57,872 nucleotides of DNA from Bacteroidota bacterium (GCA_039201015.1 JBCCRX010000001.1:1-57872), one strand, 5' to 3'. Shown: positions 9,484 through 19,078, counted from the stretch's first letter. Numbers and translations are program-made. The notes: generated from the sequence alone by a model not told the origin.

Positions 9484-12400
9484 ATGCCGAACTTCTACCA
9501 AACTTTACCAGCCATTTTCACGCTCTTTTTAATGACTTGCTGCAGCACGATTTTAGTATCGCAAGTTTACAATATAGACGATGAAGATGGCAACACTGTT
9601 CGTTCGTGTACGGGTCGCTTCTACGATAGCGGCGGCAGCAATGGACGCTACAGAAATTCAGAGGATTACACCGTTACTTTTTGTGCCGATGCCGCTAATC
9701 CTGGAAAATCTGCCCGTCTGACTTTTCAGTCCTTAGATTTAAGAAACAATGACGAACTTACCTTTTACGATGGACCAACTACCAACTCTCCCTTTCTACA
9801 ACGAGTAGATGATGGCTCAAATAATATTGTTCCCTTTGCCGTTTCGGCGACCCGCAACAACGAAAGCGGCTGCTTGACGGTCGAGTTCTCTTCCAATTTC
9901 ATCCGAAGAGGCGATGGCTGGCTGGCGGATTTGAGCTGTATTGAGCGTTGTCAGGTCATTCAAGCAGAATTGGTAAGCACTGATCCGCCAGTCATGCCGA
10001 ACGATACGGGTTGGGTGAATGCCTGCATGGGGCAAGAAATCACTTTTGTCGGTAGAGGGATTTTTCCACAAGAAGGACGATTTTATAGTCACGCTAATAG
10101 CTCTAGGTACTTTTGGGACTTTGGAGATGGTTCGCCTAGAAAAGAAGGGCGCGAAGTCACACATACTTACACGGAATCAGGTGGCTATATGGTTCAATTG
10201 ACCATTCAAGATCAAGTCGGTTGTTTGAATATCAATAACATTGACCAACGTGTTCGGATTTCTCCAAAACCTGAGTTTACGGTACAAGATACACCGCAAT
10301 TTTGCTCAGGCGATACCTTAGACTTGACAGGAAGCATCAATGGCGCGAACAGCAACGCGCTCATCAACGTCACTGCTCAAGAAGGTACTTTTCAGCCGCG
10401 TTACACCCGCTCCGATTCGCTCTTTTTGCCCGACGGAAAAGGCGTAGCCTACGAGACCAGCGTCAACATCACAGAATTTGCGTCGGGGCAGATTTTGGAA
10501 AATATTGATGATCTTTTGGGCATTTGCATCAATATCGAGCATTCGTATATGCGCGATTTGCAAGCTTCTATAGAGTGTCCAAATGGTACAGAAGTTATCT
10601 TGCAAAATTTTGTGAACGACAATCGAACGGGTTCGGTTTTCTTAGGGGAACCAATAGATGTAGAATCTGATCTGACACCTGGCGTAGGCTATAATTATTG
10701 CTGGACTTCCGACACCACCAATCTTACTTGGTTTGAATACGACCGAGCAAATCGACCACGCACGCTGCCCGAAGGAGATTATCGCTCCTTTTCTAGCTTA
10801 GATTCCTTGATTGGTTGTCCACTGAATGGAGCTTGGACGATTACCATAGAGGATTTTTTGCTAAGAGACAATGGCTATATTTTTGATTGGACGATCTCCT
10901 TCAATCCAGATTTGTACCCGACTTTGGAAAGTTTTAAAGCAGATATTACCGACTTTTCTTGGGAAGGATTCGACAACAATCAAGCAGCTCTGAATTCGGC
11001 AGGTCAAAATCCAGTGACCTTTTCGGTAGTGGACGAATTTGGTTGTACTTTCGATACGACGATCGTTGTGCAGGCATTGCCGCCTACGCACCCAGATTGC
11101 TATACGTGCCAGCCGCTTTTGAGCCAAGCAGAAGATTTGACTTATTGTGAAGAAGAAAGTCAGAGTTTGAATGTAGGAGCAGCCAATTTAGATCAAATCA
11201 TTCAGTTTGATGCCTTTCCCAATTACGATCAACTCAATGGAGATGACCATTCTACAAACTCACCTTTCCAAAGTGAATTGGACATCAATAGCATCTTTCC
11301 GACCACTTTAGAAGATGTTTCCAATTTGATCTCGGTCTGCATCAATATTGAATCGGGGGAAGCTAATCCACTTTCGGACATCAGCGTCGCGCTGCAAGCC
11401 CCCGACGGAACGATTGTGCAATTGGTGAGCAACAATGGTGGCAGTGGCATGGGCTACGAACAAACTTGTTTTTCTCCCGCCGCTACGACCCCCATACAAT
11501 CCGCAACGCCTCCCTACACGGGTACTTTTGCCGCCGCAGGCGATTGGAATGCTTTGAATGGTGTAGCGATCAATGGCACTTGGTCACTTTTAGTTTCAGA
11601 TCGTGAGGGCGCAACGAATAGCACAGTGGAGAGTTGGTCACTTAGCTTTAATGCGCAAAATGACATTACTTACACTTGGTCGCCAAGCGCAGGTTTGTCT
11701 TGTTCAGATTGCCCGAATCCAGACGTCCTACCGACCAATGATATTACTAATATTTACACCGTTCAAGCCCAAGATCAATACAATTGCTCCAGCTTGGACA
11801 CCATTCAAATTACGAATATTTCAAAATTGGAAGTACCTAATTTGAATTGTGAAAGCGTGGATCGGATACTTGCCATAGACTGGGATGCACAAAGTGATAT
11901 AGATTACGAAATCAGCATCAATGGTTCTAATTGGTTTGCGCCAGAAACGAATATTTCACACGCTGTGAACGGCTTGCGTGATGATGATGAAGTAAGCATT
12001 CAAATTCGACCCATATTAGAAGGTTTGGCGCCCATTTGTGAAATTCCGACCAATGATACGCTTTGTGTTTTCGATGGCTGTGAATTAGAGCTAATGTTGA
12101 CGAATGCTTCTTTGGATTTGAGTTGTTTCGATAGCAATGATGGCATGGTCGAATTGTTGTGGGAAGACGGCATCGGTCCATTCACTTATAGCATAGAAGA
12201 AGAAAACGTTAGCACGGATAACACAACTTTCAGAGCCGATGATTTATCGGCAGGTGAGTACCAATTTGTAGTGCAAGATGCAGACGAATGTACCGATACG
12301 GTTACTTTCGTGATTGATGCACCGCCGATGCTGGAGCTAGAAGCCGTTTTGCAACATCCCGAATGCAACAACGACCCCAATGGCTTGATTGAATTGGAAG

Positions 12401-13122
12401 CGAATGGTGGAACACCCAATTATACTTACAGTCTGGATGGCATTATTTTTGAAAGTACCGCCGTTTTTGCGGGATTGACTGCGGGCGTTTACGAAGTCAT
12501 TGTAAAGGATGAAAATGATTGTGAGTATCAGCAGGAAATTGAGTTGCTAAATCCAGAAGCCTTAGTGGTAGAGATCAAAAAAGGCGAAAAGGAGGATTTT
12601 ATAGCGATAGAATACGGCGATGAAGTACAGTTGTTTACCAATTTGATTAATGCGCAAGGCAATGTCACTTACGAATGGACGGCATTGAGCGGAGATTCGA
12701 CGATCAGTTGTTTGGATTGTCCTTCGCCTTTAGTGCAGCCCATTTCTACCACTTATTACGAGCTGGAAGTGATCGACGAAAATGGCTGTAAAAGTTCAGA
12801 TCGGGTGCAAGTGCGCGTCGTTCGTACTTTCAAGCATTACGTGCCTACGGCTTTTAGTCCCAACGAAGATGGCAACAACGAACGCCTTACCGTTTATAGC
12901 GATTGGGATGCAACGATCAAGCAATTTCAGGTTTTTGATCGCTGGGGCGGATTGCTGTACAGTGCTTCCGATTTTCCTGCCAATGATGAAATGGCGGGCT
13001 GGAATGGTTACGATCAAAATGGTGATTTGATGCCGATTGGTGCTTATGTTTGGTTCGCAGAAATTGAGTACAATGATGGGACGAAGAAATTGTATAGTGG
13101 GAGTACGACTTTGATGAAGTAG
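9484..13122 (+). CDS. Large T9SS-secreted surface protein: CUB-like domain, PKD domain, two proprotein-convertase P-domains, SprB repeats, type-B (gliding-motility-associated) C-terminal sorting domain
   Basis: 1212-aa ORF with a signal peptide. CUB-like: CTGRFYDSGG..LTFYDGP. PKD: WDFGDGS..HTYTESGGY. P-domains: IEHSYMRDLQASIECPNGTEVIL and DISVALQAPDGTIVQLV. SprB repeats: CFDSNDGMVEL..GPFTYS and CNNDPNGLIELEANGGTPNYTYS. CTD: PTAFSPNEDGNNERL..FDRWGGLLY. Confidence 0.8.
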   Translation: MPNFYQTLPAIFTLFLMTCCSTILVSQVYNIDDEDGNTVRSCTGRFYDSGGSNGRYRNSEDYTVTFCADAANPGKSARLTFQSLDLRNNDELTFYDGPTTNSPFLQRVDDGSNNIVPFAVSATRNNESGCLTVEFSSNFIRRGDGWLADLSCIERCQVIQAELVSTDPPVMPNDTGWVNACMGQEITFVGRGIFPQEGRFYSHANSSRYFWDFGDGSPRKEGREVTHTYTESGGYMVQLTIQDQVGCLNINNIDQRVRISPKPEFTVQDTPQFCSGDTLDLTGSINGANSNALINVTAQEGTFQPRYTRSDSLFLPDGKGVAYETSVNITEFASGQILENIDDLLGICINIEHSYMRDLQASIECPNGTEVILQNFVNDNRTGSVFLGEPIDVESDLTPGVGYNYCWTSDTTNLTWFEYDRANRPRTLPEGDYRSFSSLDSLIGCPLNGAWTITIEDFLLRDNGYIFDWTISFNPDLYPTLESFKADITDFSWEGFDNNQAALNSAGQNPVTFSVVDEFGCTFDTTIVVQALPPTHPDCYTCQPLLSQAEDLTYCEEESQSLNVGAANLDQIIQFDAFPNYDQLNGDDHSTNSPFQSELDINSIFPTTLEDVSNLISVCINIESGEANPLSDISVALQAPDGTIVQLVSNNGGSGMGYEQTCFSPAATTPIQSATPPYTGTFAAAGDWNALNGVAINGTWSLLVSDREGATNSTVESWSLSFNAQNDITYTWSPSAGLSCSDCPNPDVLPTNDITNIYTVQAQDQYNCSSLDTIQITNISKLEVPNLNCESVDRILAIDWDAQSDIDYEISINGSNWFAPETNISHAVNGLRDDDEVSIQIRPILEGLAPICEIPTNDTLCVFDGCELELMLTNASLDLSCFDSNDGMVELLWEDGIGPFTYSIEEENVSTDNTTFRADDLSAGEYQFVVQDADECTDTVTFVIDAPPMLELEAVLQHPECNNDPNGLIELEANGGTPNYTYSLDGIIFESTAVFAGLTAGVYEVIVKDENDCEYQQEIELLNPEALVVEIKKGEKEDFIAIEYGDEVQLFTNLINAQGNVTYEWTALSGDSTISCLDCPSPLVQPISTTYYELEVIDENGCKSSDRVQVRVVRTFKHYVPTAFSPNEDGNNERLTVYSDWDATIKQFQVFDRWGGLLYSASDFPANDEMAGWNGYDQNGDLMPIGAYVWFAEIEYNDGTKKLYSGSTTLMK

Positions 13123-13239
13123 GGAGTTTTCTTTGAAGAATTACGCGGAGCAGTACTTTACGTAACTCTGCGATAGTGTGTACAACGAATTGCACTTCTG
13201 CAAAAGAATAGTGTAATAATATTGAAGCTTCGTTCTCTT

Positions 13240-13272
13240 CAAATCAACTTGGCATCGAGCCAAGTTGATTTG
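13240..13272. terminator. Hairpin between convergent genes (candidate bidirectional terminator)
   Basis: CAAATCAACTTGGC-atcga-GCCAAGTTGATTTG gives a perfect 14-bp stem. It lies between the stop of the T9SS cargo (+) and the ABC1 kinase (-). There is no clean U-tract. Confidence 0.45.
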
Positions 13273-13363
13273 ACAAAGATTCTTGGTAAGTAGTATCAAA
13301 TATTTGTGTAATTTATTATACAAATCTGCGATATATCCTCTGCGTCACTCTGCGGTTAAAAAT

Positions 13364-15025
13364 CTACCTAGCTCGCATCAAAGCCCTCAAAAACAACAGC
13401 CCAAACGAAATGATACTTCCCCAATTCAGGTAGTAAAGAAATGTACTTTTTTTGCTTGGATAGTTCAATAAAAAATAAATGGCGACGATAGTGAGTGCAG
13501 CGTACAAAAACTGTTGTCCCAGATAAAAAAAGCGATCCAACCTTTGATTCAGCCCTTTCACTTCATATTCTAGTTCGCCTCTATTAGCGGTTTTCAACAG
13601 GCGGGAAAGCTCCGTTGGTAGAGAAATGGCCGTCGTCAAATGATTTTTGAAGCTGTTGACGATTAGTTGGGTCAATCCTTGATTGTTGTTCAAAACGTGC
13701 TGCTTCATATAAGGCTTCACCACCTCTAAAGTATCCAAATTGGGCGCAAGATGAAAGGAATTGCCGAGTAGCAATACAATGGTTCTATTGAGTAAAATAT
13801 AGTCTTTGGGAATCTGTATGGCATTGGAAATGTCGCGCAAATCTACTTTTTTAAGTAAGCTAGCAATAGAAGATAGACCAGACTTTAGTTCTACATTCTG
13901 GAAATTCAAGCCGTCCAGTTGTACTTCTTCTTGCAAAAAAGTTTTGAAGGTATCTACCAGTTGCTCCACGTACTGCTGCGAAGCTTTATCCGAACCAATG
14001 AAACCCATTTTGCGTAAGGCTTGCACCGTGGCTTCCGTATCATTTCTTACGACCGCTTCTATCAGTTCAGGAATCGCCTTTCGCATGCTGTCATTCAGTT
14101 TCGCGACTGCTCCAAAATCCAATAGAATCAGTTCTCCAAACTCGTTCACTAGGATATTACCAGGATGCGGATCGGCATGGTAAAAACCGTCCACCAAAAC
14201 CATTTTGCAGTAGAGTTCCAGCAGCCGTTCTGCCAGCTCAGAAGTATCAATTTCCCATTCTTTCAATTGCTGGACTTGCCCAATATTCACCCCTTCACAG
14301 TACTCCGCTACTAATATCTTTTTACAATTAAATTCAGGATAGACTTTGGGTACGCGTACGCGCAATTCAGGCACTGCTTGTAAATTCTCTGCAATCCGTT
14401 GCATCGAAACCGCTTCTTTTCGATAATCCAATTCTTCTTCTATCATTTGGCGCACTTGCGAATAAGTATGATCCAAGCCTTTCACATTCATAAAAAAAGC
14501 ATGAAGGCGCACTAGATTCTTCAAAATCGTCAAATCTGCTTCCGCAATAGCTTCGATGTTCGCATGTTGAATTTTAACGACGACTTCTTTTGCTCCCAAA
14601 CGCGCGCGATGCACTTGCCCAACAGAAGCCGCTGCCAAAGGGACTTCTTCAAAATGCGTGAATAGTTCCCTTGGCTTCCCACCCAGTTCTGCTATGATGG
14701 TTTGCTCGACTTCTCGATAAGGTTTGGCTTTGATGTGGTCTTGCAGTTCTTCCAAAGGCGCGCGAAATTCGTCGGGTAAGGCATTGGACAGATTAGAAAT
14801 CAGTTGCCCAAATTTGATGAACAGGCCTTGCAGTTCTTGCACTCGATTTTTAATGCGATCTGCATTTTTTTGGTGTAAGCGTTTGATGCGTCTTTCGTAA
14901 TAGGCTTTGCCCCATACTTTGCTTTTCCAGTGCAAGCCAATGTAGCTTAGAAACACAAGGGTCGCTGTCCAGTAGGCTTTGCGTTTGCGAACGCGTGGAG
15001 AGAATATTTTTTGTTTGTTGGACAT
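13364..15025 (-). CDS. ABC1/UbiB-family atypical protein kinase
   Basis: 553-aa ORF with FIKFGQLIS..PLAAASVGQVHRARL..VVVKIQH..HADPHPGNIL motifs and a C-terminal TM segment. Confidence 0.85.
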   Translation of the reverse strand: MSNKQKIFSPRVRKRKAYWTATLVFLSYIGLHWKSKVWGKAYYERRIKRLHQKNADRIKNRVQELQGLFIKFGQLISNLSNALPDEFRAPLEELQDHIKAKPYREVEQTIIAELGGKPRELFTHFEEVPLAAASVGQVHRARLGAKEVVVKIQHANIEAIAEADLTILKNLVRLHAFFMNVKGLDHTYSQVRQMIEEELDYRKEAVSMQRIAENLQAVPELRVRVPKVYPEFNCKKILVAEYCEGVNIGQVQQLKEWEIDTSELAERLLELYCKMVLVDGFYHADPHPGNILVNEFGELILLDFGAVAKLNDSMRKAIPELIEAVVRNDTEATVQALRKMGFIGSDKASQQYVEQLVDTFKTFLQEEVQLDGLNFQNVELKSGLSSIASLLKKVDLRDISNAIQIPKDYILLNRTIVLLLGNSFHLAPNLDTLEVVKPYMKQHVLNNNQGLTQLIVNSFKNHLTTAISLPTELSRLLKTANRGELEYEVKGLNQRLDRFFYLGQQFLYAALTIVAIYFLLNYPSKKSTFLYYLNWGSIISFGLLFLRALMRAR

Positions 15026-15049
15026 GGTCGTTTTATAATACAGCTAATG

Positions 15050-15193
15050 CTTAAGGGGTCACGCAGATTTATTTTTAAGATATGTCATATTTTAGTTTTT
15101 GAAAACAAGCTCATAACTGTTTAATAACCAGCTTCTTATCAAAGTCAAACATGACATATCTAGCATTCGATTAATTATGTCCAGGTACTTAAG
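15050..15193. mobile_element. Palindromic repeat element, family C, copy C1 (144 bp, bounded by CTTAAG)
   Basis: Differs at only 8 of 144 positions from 53277-53420 (hand alignment). Inner inverted repeat TAAGATATGTCATATTTT / AAACATGACATATCTA. Confidence 0.8.
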
Positions 15194-15351
15194 GAATGGT
15201 ACACAAATAAATTTACATTTTGACTTGCTCTTTTTTCCTTACTCGACGTTATAAAAAGCCTTACAGAACTAGGCTATGCGCGGTTTTTATGCCTTGACTA
15301 AGAAAAAAATAGCTGCCTCAAAATTTGTAAATTTATTTATATCCCATTCCT
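15192..15351. repeat. Long imperfect palindrome, E-family-related (copy E4)
   Basis: AGGAATGGTACACAAATAAATTTACATTTT pairs with AAAATTTGTAAATTTATTTATATCCCATTCCT. It shares AATAAATTTACATTTT with the arm of the element at 36260-36385. Confidence 0.65.
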
Positions 15352-15441
15352 AAATGGTCATTATAGTACCTGAATTTCTCGCTTTTTTGAAGATTACTTT
15401 CTGTTTATTCATTGAAAATGTTGAATTGTTTATTCGATGCT

Positions 15442-16392
15442 TCAAAGCCCCAAGCTATCCATTTTAGGTGCTTCGTAGCGGCTGTCTTCTGCTGGATACC
15501 TCAATTGAGCATCGTACATGCCTTTTTCTTTAGCCATTGACCAAATGAGGCTTTCGCCTGCTGGGATAGTAGTCGTGGCGTATTTAAAAATACGATCTTG
15601 ATAAGCCAAATCTGCGTCAATGACCTCCCAACCTTCCGCCTTGAATCGCTCAATTAAATCATTCAAAAACAAAGCAGAAGTTAGGTTGTGATGCAGCAGC
15701 AGCGTATGCAAAATATGTCTTTTATTCATTTCGTAGGATAGCTGCTCATAGTAATTAGCACGCGCTAGAATGTGTTCCAGGTAGAAGTTTTTGTAGGTTT
15801 CTACATCCACCTTTTCCTTTCCTGTTGCGCTCATTTTTTTAATTAATCGACTGTTGATGTACCAATCCGAAGCGTCAATGGTGACATGCCCATTTCGGTA
15901 ATTATGCTTTTCCAGAACGGCTCGAATGGAATCTATTCTGGAGCGCGTTTTGCCTTCTTTTAGATAAGGAAATCGAAAAAGCGGTATGTAATTAGCGTAG
16001 GAATGAATTAAGCTATCCGTTCGTAATAATTCATTTTCAAAGTTAGCAACTGTATTTTTAGGATCGCTAAAATTGGGATGCGAAAAAGTGTGATTGGCAA
16101 TTCGATGACCGCTTTTGTCCCAAGTATCTAATAAATATTGTCCTTTGTCGTCCGATTTATTGAAACCCGTTACAAAAAAAATAGCTTTTAAATCCGCTGA
16201 ATCTAATGCTGCTAAAATCATTTCATTCCATGCTTCAAAAGGATAATGGAGTATATCTCTAGTGATGCCATCATCAAAGGTAAAGCTGACTTTTGGAGAT
16301 TGTTCTTTAGGCAGATCATTGCTTTTCTCAATTTGAGGTGTACAACAAAGAAAGCAACTACAAATGACAGGAATTAGAAACAGGTATCGCAT
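15442..16392 (-). CDS. Polysaccharide deacetylase (NodB homology domain), predicted lipoprotein
   Basis: NodB motifs FTFDDG and HTFSHP. The ATG at 16392 gives MRYLFLIPVICSCFLCC (lipobox-like). The ORF track extends to a GTG at 16425, which would overlap the upstream gene by 7 nt. Confidence 0.8.
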   Translation of the reverse strand: MRYLFLIPVICSCFLCCTPQIEKSNDLPKEQSPKVSFTFDDGITRDILHYPFEAWNEMILAALDSADLKAIFFVTGFNKSDDKGQYLLDTWDKSGHRIANHTFSHPNFSDPKNTVANFENELLRTDSLIHSYANYIPLFRFPYLKEGKTRSRIDSIRAVLEKHNYRNGHVTIDASDWYINSRLIKKMSATGKEKVDVETYKNFYLEHILARANYYEQLSYEMNKRHILHTLLLHHNLTSALFLNDLIERFKAEGWEVIDADLAYQDRIFKYATTTIPAGESLIWSMAKEKGMYDAQLRYPAEDSRYEAPKMDSLGL

Positions 16393-16418
16393 AATTTTGT
16401 ATAAATTTTTTCGTCCTT

Positions 16419-17252
16419 TCACCACTCGAAATTCTCTCCTAGCAAGTTGGCTAAATTTGTGTTATGTTCTTCAAAATAAAGACTCAATTTTTCCCTCAAT
16501 CCATCAGATAATGCATCATATTGTCGAGCATTGCGCGCTTTCAAATCACTTGGATAAATCGCATCTACACCAAGAAAATCAAATACTTTAGTGAGTTCTT
16601 TTTGGGGATGGCTAAAAAAATCTTCGCTTTTTAAAAATAAGAATTGCTCCCTCTTGAAATGCTTCAGCCACACTTGCAATTGCTCGTAATATTTGCTGCG
16701 CTCCAGATAAAATAAGTGATCTTTTTCGATGGAAAAGTAAGAAGGATTCTTAGCTATAATAGCGGATTCCTTTTCTTTCAATTTTTTTTCTTGTTCAATG
16801 GCTGCTTCGAAGTTGGGCGCGTCATCCCAATCAAAATCGACGCTCATTATATAGCTAGAATAGGCTCTATCTATTGGATTTCGTAGCATTACAATCAGTT
16901 TCGCATCAGGTATAGTTACCTTCATACGCGCAGCAGCTTCGGGATGAAATAGATAGCAGGGCGTAACTTCTCCCGCCAAAAGCGGACTGTTTTTGAAAGG
17001 AAAAAATCGACGATACCAAGATAGTCCTTTATCGAAATTGGTATTAAAAAAATGCAATTCTTTTCGACGCGACATCGCAATTTGTGGATGTTGTTTTAGG
17101 CAAGCAAAAAGAGAGGTGGTACCGCCCTTTTGTGTACCAATAATAATAAATTCAGGTAGCTTTCGCTTTCGACTAGTAAGGATTCGATATTGATAGTTGA
17201 TTTTTCTGCTCCATTTATTCCAACGCCTTTTCAATCCGTTCTTTATATTCAT
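16419..17252 (-). CDS. PAPS-dependent sulfotransferase, heparan-sulfate 3-O/N-sulfotransferase-like
   Basis: 277-aa ORF with a 5'-PSB motif (IIIGTQKGGTTSL), HFFN..KGLSWYRRFFP, and a 3'-PB motif (KLIVMLRNPIDRAYSSY). Confidence 0.8.
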   Translation of the reverse strand: MNIKNGLKRRWNKWSRKINYQYRILTSRKRKLPEFIIIGTQKGGTTSLFACLKQHPQIAMSRRKELHFFNTNFDKGLSWYRRFFPFKNSPLLAGEVTPCYLFHPEAAARMKVTIPDAKLIVMLRNPIDRAYSSYIMSVDFDWDDAPNFEAAIEQEKKLKEKESAIIAKNPSYFSIEKDHLFYLERSKYYEQLQVWLKHFKREQFLFLKSEDFFSHPQKELTKVFDFLGVDAIYPSDLKARNARQYDALSDGLREKLSLYFEEHNTNLANLLGENFEW

Positions 17253-17293
17253 TTTAAAGCTGGTTTGTCTCTGTAAATAAATGAAGATAGCAA

Positions 17294-17323
17294 GACTTTG
17301 CGTAACTCTGCGGTTAAAAAAAA
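17294..17323. repeat. REP-like motif GACTTTGCGTAACTCTGCGGTTAAAAA
   Basis: Near-identical copies at 13338-13362 (CCTCTGCGTCACTCTGCGGTTAAAAA) and 13155-13172 (ACTTTACGTAACTCTGCG). All are intergenic or at gene ends. Confidence 0.6.
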
Positions 17324-17426
17324 CTCTTCAAAAATTGAACCACAAAGACTACATAAACGCCAAGTGGATTACCACAGTTTGCGACTGCGATATTACAGGC
17401 AGGTGATTGTGAAGTAGAAATTTCCT

Positions 17427-17954
17427 TCAATTCAAAGGATTAAAAATGATCTGAAATACCATAATGATGCTGAAAGAAGCAATGAAACTTAGGACTGTAT
17501 TTTGTAGAATTTGAAGAATATAAACTAAGGTGAAGGCTTCCATGCTAAAATACACCAACAGATGAATGGAGAGTAAGATGCTCAAGTAAGGAACAAACCA
17601 AGAGTTACCCATTCGGTTTCTAGTTGGACTATAACTTAGATTATAGCCGCCTTTGGGCTGTAGAATAGTCAAAACGCGTCCTCTCAAAAAGGCAGTCACG
17701 GTACTAGCACTAGCGTGCAAGCCAGGCGTGTCGTAAAACATATCTACAGTCAATCCAATCACAAATCCTAAAAAGATGACCAAAAGTCGATTGGTTTTGA
17801 AAGGCAATAATAAAATGAAGAGTGGGTACAAAATGAATCGAAAAGAGTTCCAGAAACCATCTGAAATGACGACTTCTTTCAGAATTACAATCTGGATCAG
17901 TACCAGTCCTACAAAACGCAGTACGTTGGTAAAAATGATACTATTGTTGTTCAT
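17427..17954 (-). CDS. mreD: Rod shape-determining protein MreD
   Basis: 175-aa polytopic membrane ORF overlapping the mreC stop by 14 nt, in the mreBCD position. Confidence 0.7.
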   Translation of the reverse strand: MNNNSIIFTNVLRFVGLVLIQIVILKEVVISDGFWNSFRFILYPLFILLLPFKTNRLLVIFLGFVIGLTVDMFYDTPGLHASASTVTAFLRGRVLTILQPKGGYNLSYSPTRNRMGNSWFVPYLSILLSIHLLVYFSMEAFTLVYILQILQNTVLSFIASFSIIMVFQIIFNPLN

Positions 17955-18783
17955 CTAATAGTTCTTTTTCCAGATTATCAATGGTCTCTTTCTGTAAATG
18001 ATTAACAACATAAACATATTGTATGTTTGCTAAATCTTCTAACAAATGAACGCGTAATTCTTGAGAATTAGAACCTTCCAGTGGTTTTATGGAATCTATC
18101 ACTCCGATATGTATGCCCGTGGGAAATAAACTAGAATAACCCGTAGTCTGTACGGTATCGTTCTTTACAACATCAGCATGTTGTGGAATGTCTTCCAAAT
18201 ACATTTTTTGAGCATTCTTATCGCGTTCTCGCCACACCAGCGGTCCGAAATAGCCATTGCGCTTAATACCTGCATTTACAATGGCTTCGGTATTCAAAAT
18301 AGACATCACCAGCGCATATTTTTCTCCCACTTTCCGAACAACGCCTACTACACCTTTGCTAGTGATAACGCCCGTGTGGGGTCGAACACCATCTGCCTTT
18401 CCTTTATCAATAGTAATAAAATTATTCCTTTGGTTGATAGAGTTTTTAATTACTCTAGCACTAAGATAGGTATAAATCTGTGATAAGCTATCTTGTTGGA
18501 CGGTATCTATTTGAGTAATCGAAGTCGTTTTGATGCGCCCCAGCGTTTCCTTGAGCCTTGCATTTTCTTGTACTAGACTATCCGCTATTTCATCCAAGCG
18601 AACAAAATCTTTAGCTTGCTTAGCAGTCTTGTGGAAATAGCCCGATATGCGATTGGCAGAACTGAGCCAAATTGCACCTTGGCTATCATTGAACTGCACG
18701 AGGAGATACACACAGATAATCTCTAAGAGAAAGAAGAGTAACAATGCACCAAAACGTTCAAATATGAAAGTTAATACTCGCAT
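17941..18783 (-). CDS. mreC: Rod shape-determining protein MreC
   Basis: 280-aa ORF with an N-terminal TM helix, a coiled-coil segment and an MreC beta-domain (GVITSKGVVGVVRKVGEKYALVMSILN). Confidence 0.85.
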   Translation of the reverse strand: MRVLTFIFERFGALLLFFLLEIICVYLLVQFNDSQGAIWLSSANRISGYFHKTAKQAKDFVRLDEIADSLVQENARLKETLGRIKTTSITQIDTVQQDSLSQIYTYLSARVIKNSINQRNNFITIDKGKADGVRPHTGVITSKGVVGVVRKVGEKYALVMSILNTEAIVNAGIKRNGYFGPLVWRERDKNAQKMYLEDIPQHADVVKNDTVQTTGYSSLFPTGIHIGVIDSIKPLEGSNSQELRVHLLEDLANIQYVYVVNHLQKETIDNLEKELLDEQQ

Positions 18784-18789
18784 GCTTTA

Positions 18790-18945
18790 GTCAATATGAT
18801 CGCCAAATTGAAAAGGGATAATTAAAAACTGAAAATTACAAAAAGCAACAATCTATAAAGCCGTCCATTATCAAATGAATATGGGGACTTATTTTTATTC
18901 ATTTTCAATTCTCCATTTAATTATCAATTTGGCGAACACATTATT
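18790..18945. repeat. Long imperfect palindrome in the mreB-mreC spacer
   Basis: GATCGCCAAATTGAAAAGGGATAATTAAAAACTGAAAAT pairs with ATTTTCAATTCTCCATTTAATTATCAATTTGGCGAAC. The mreB-mreC spacer is 295 bp. Confidence 0.6.
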
Positions 18946-19078
18946 TAGTCTCAGTACCATGATAAGGTGATACTTTCGGATTCCCGAAAGGTCTTTTTGA
19001 AGGAATTAGAAAAATATTCTTTTCTACACAGATAATTTTCTTGAGAAACTGAAGGCTCATGATAGGCTAGATAAGCAA

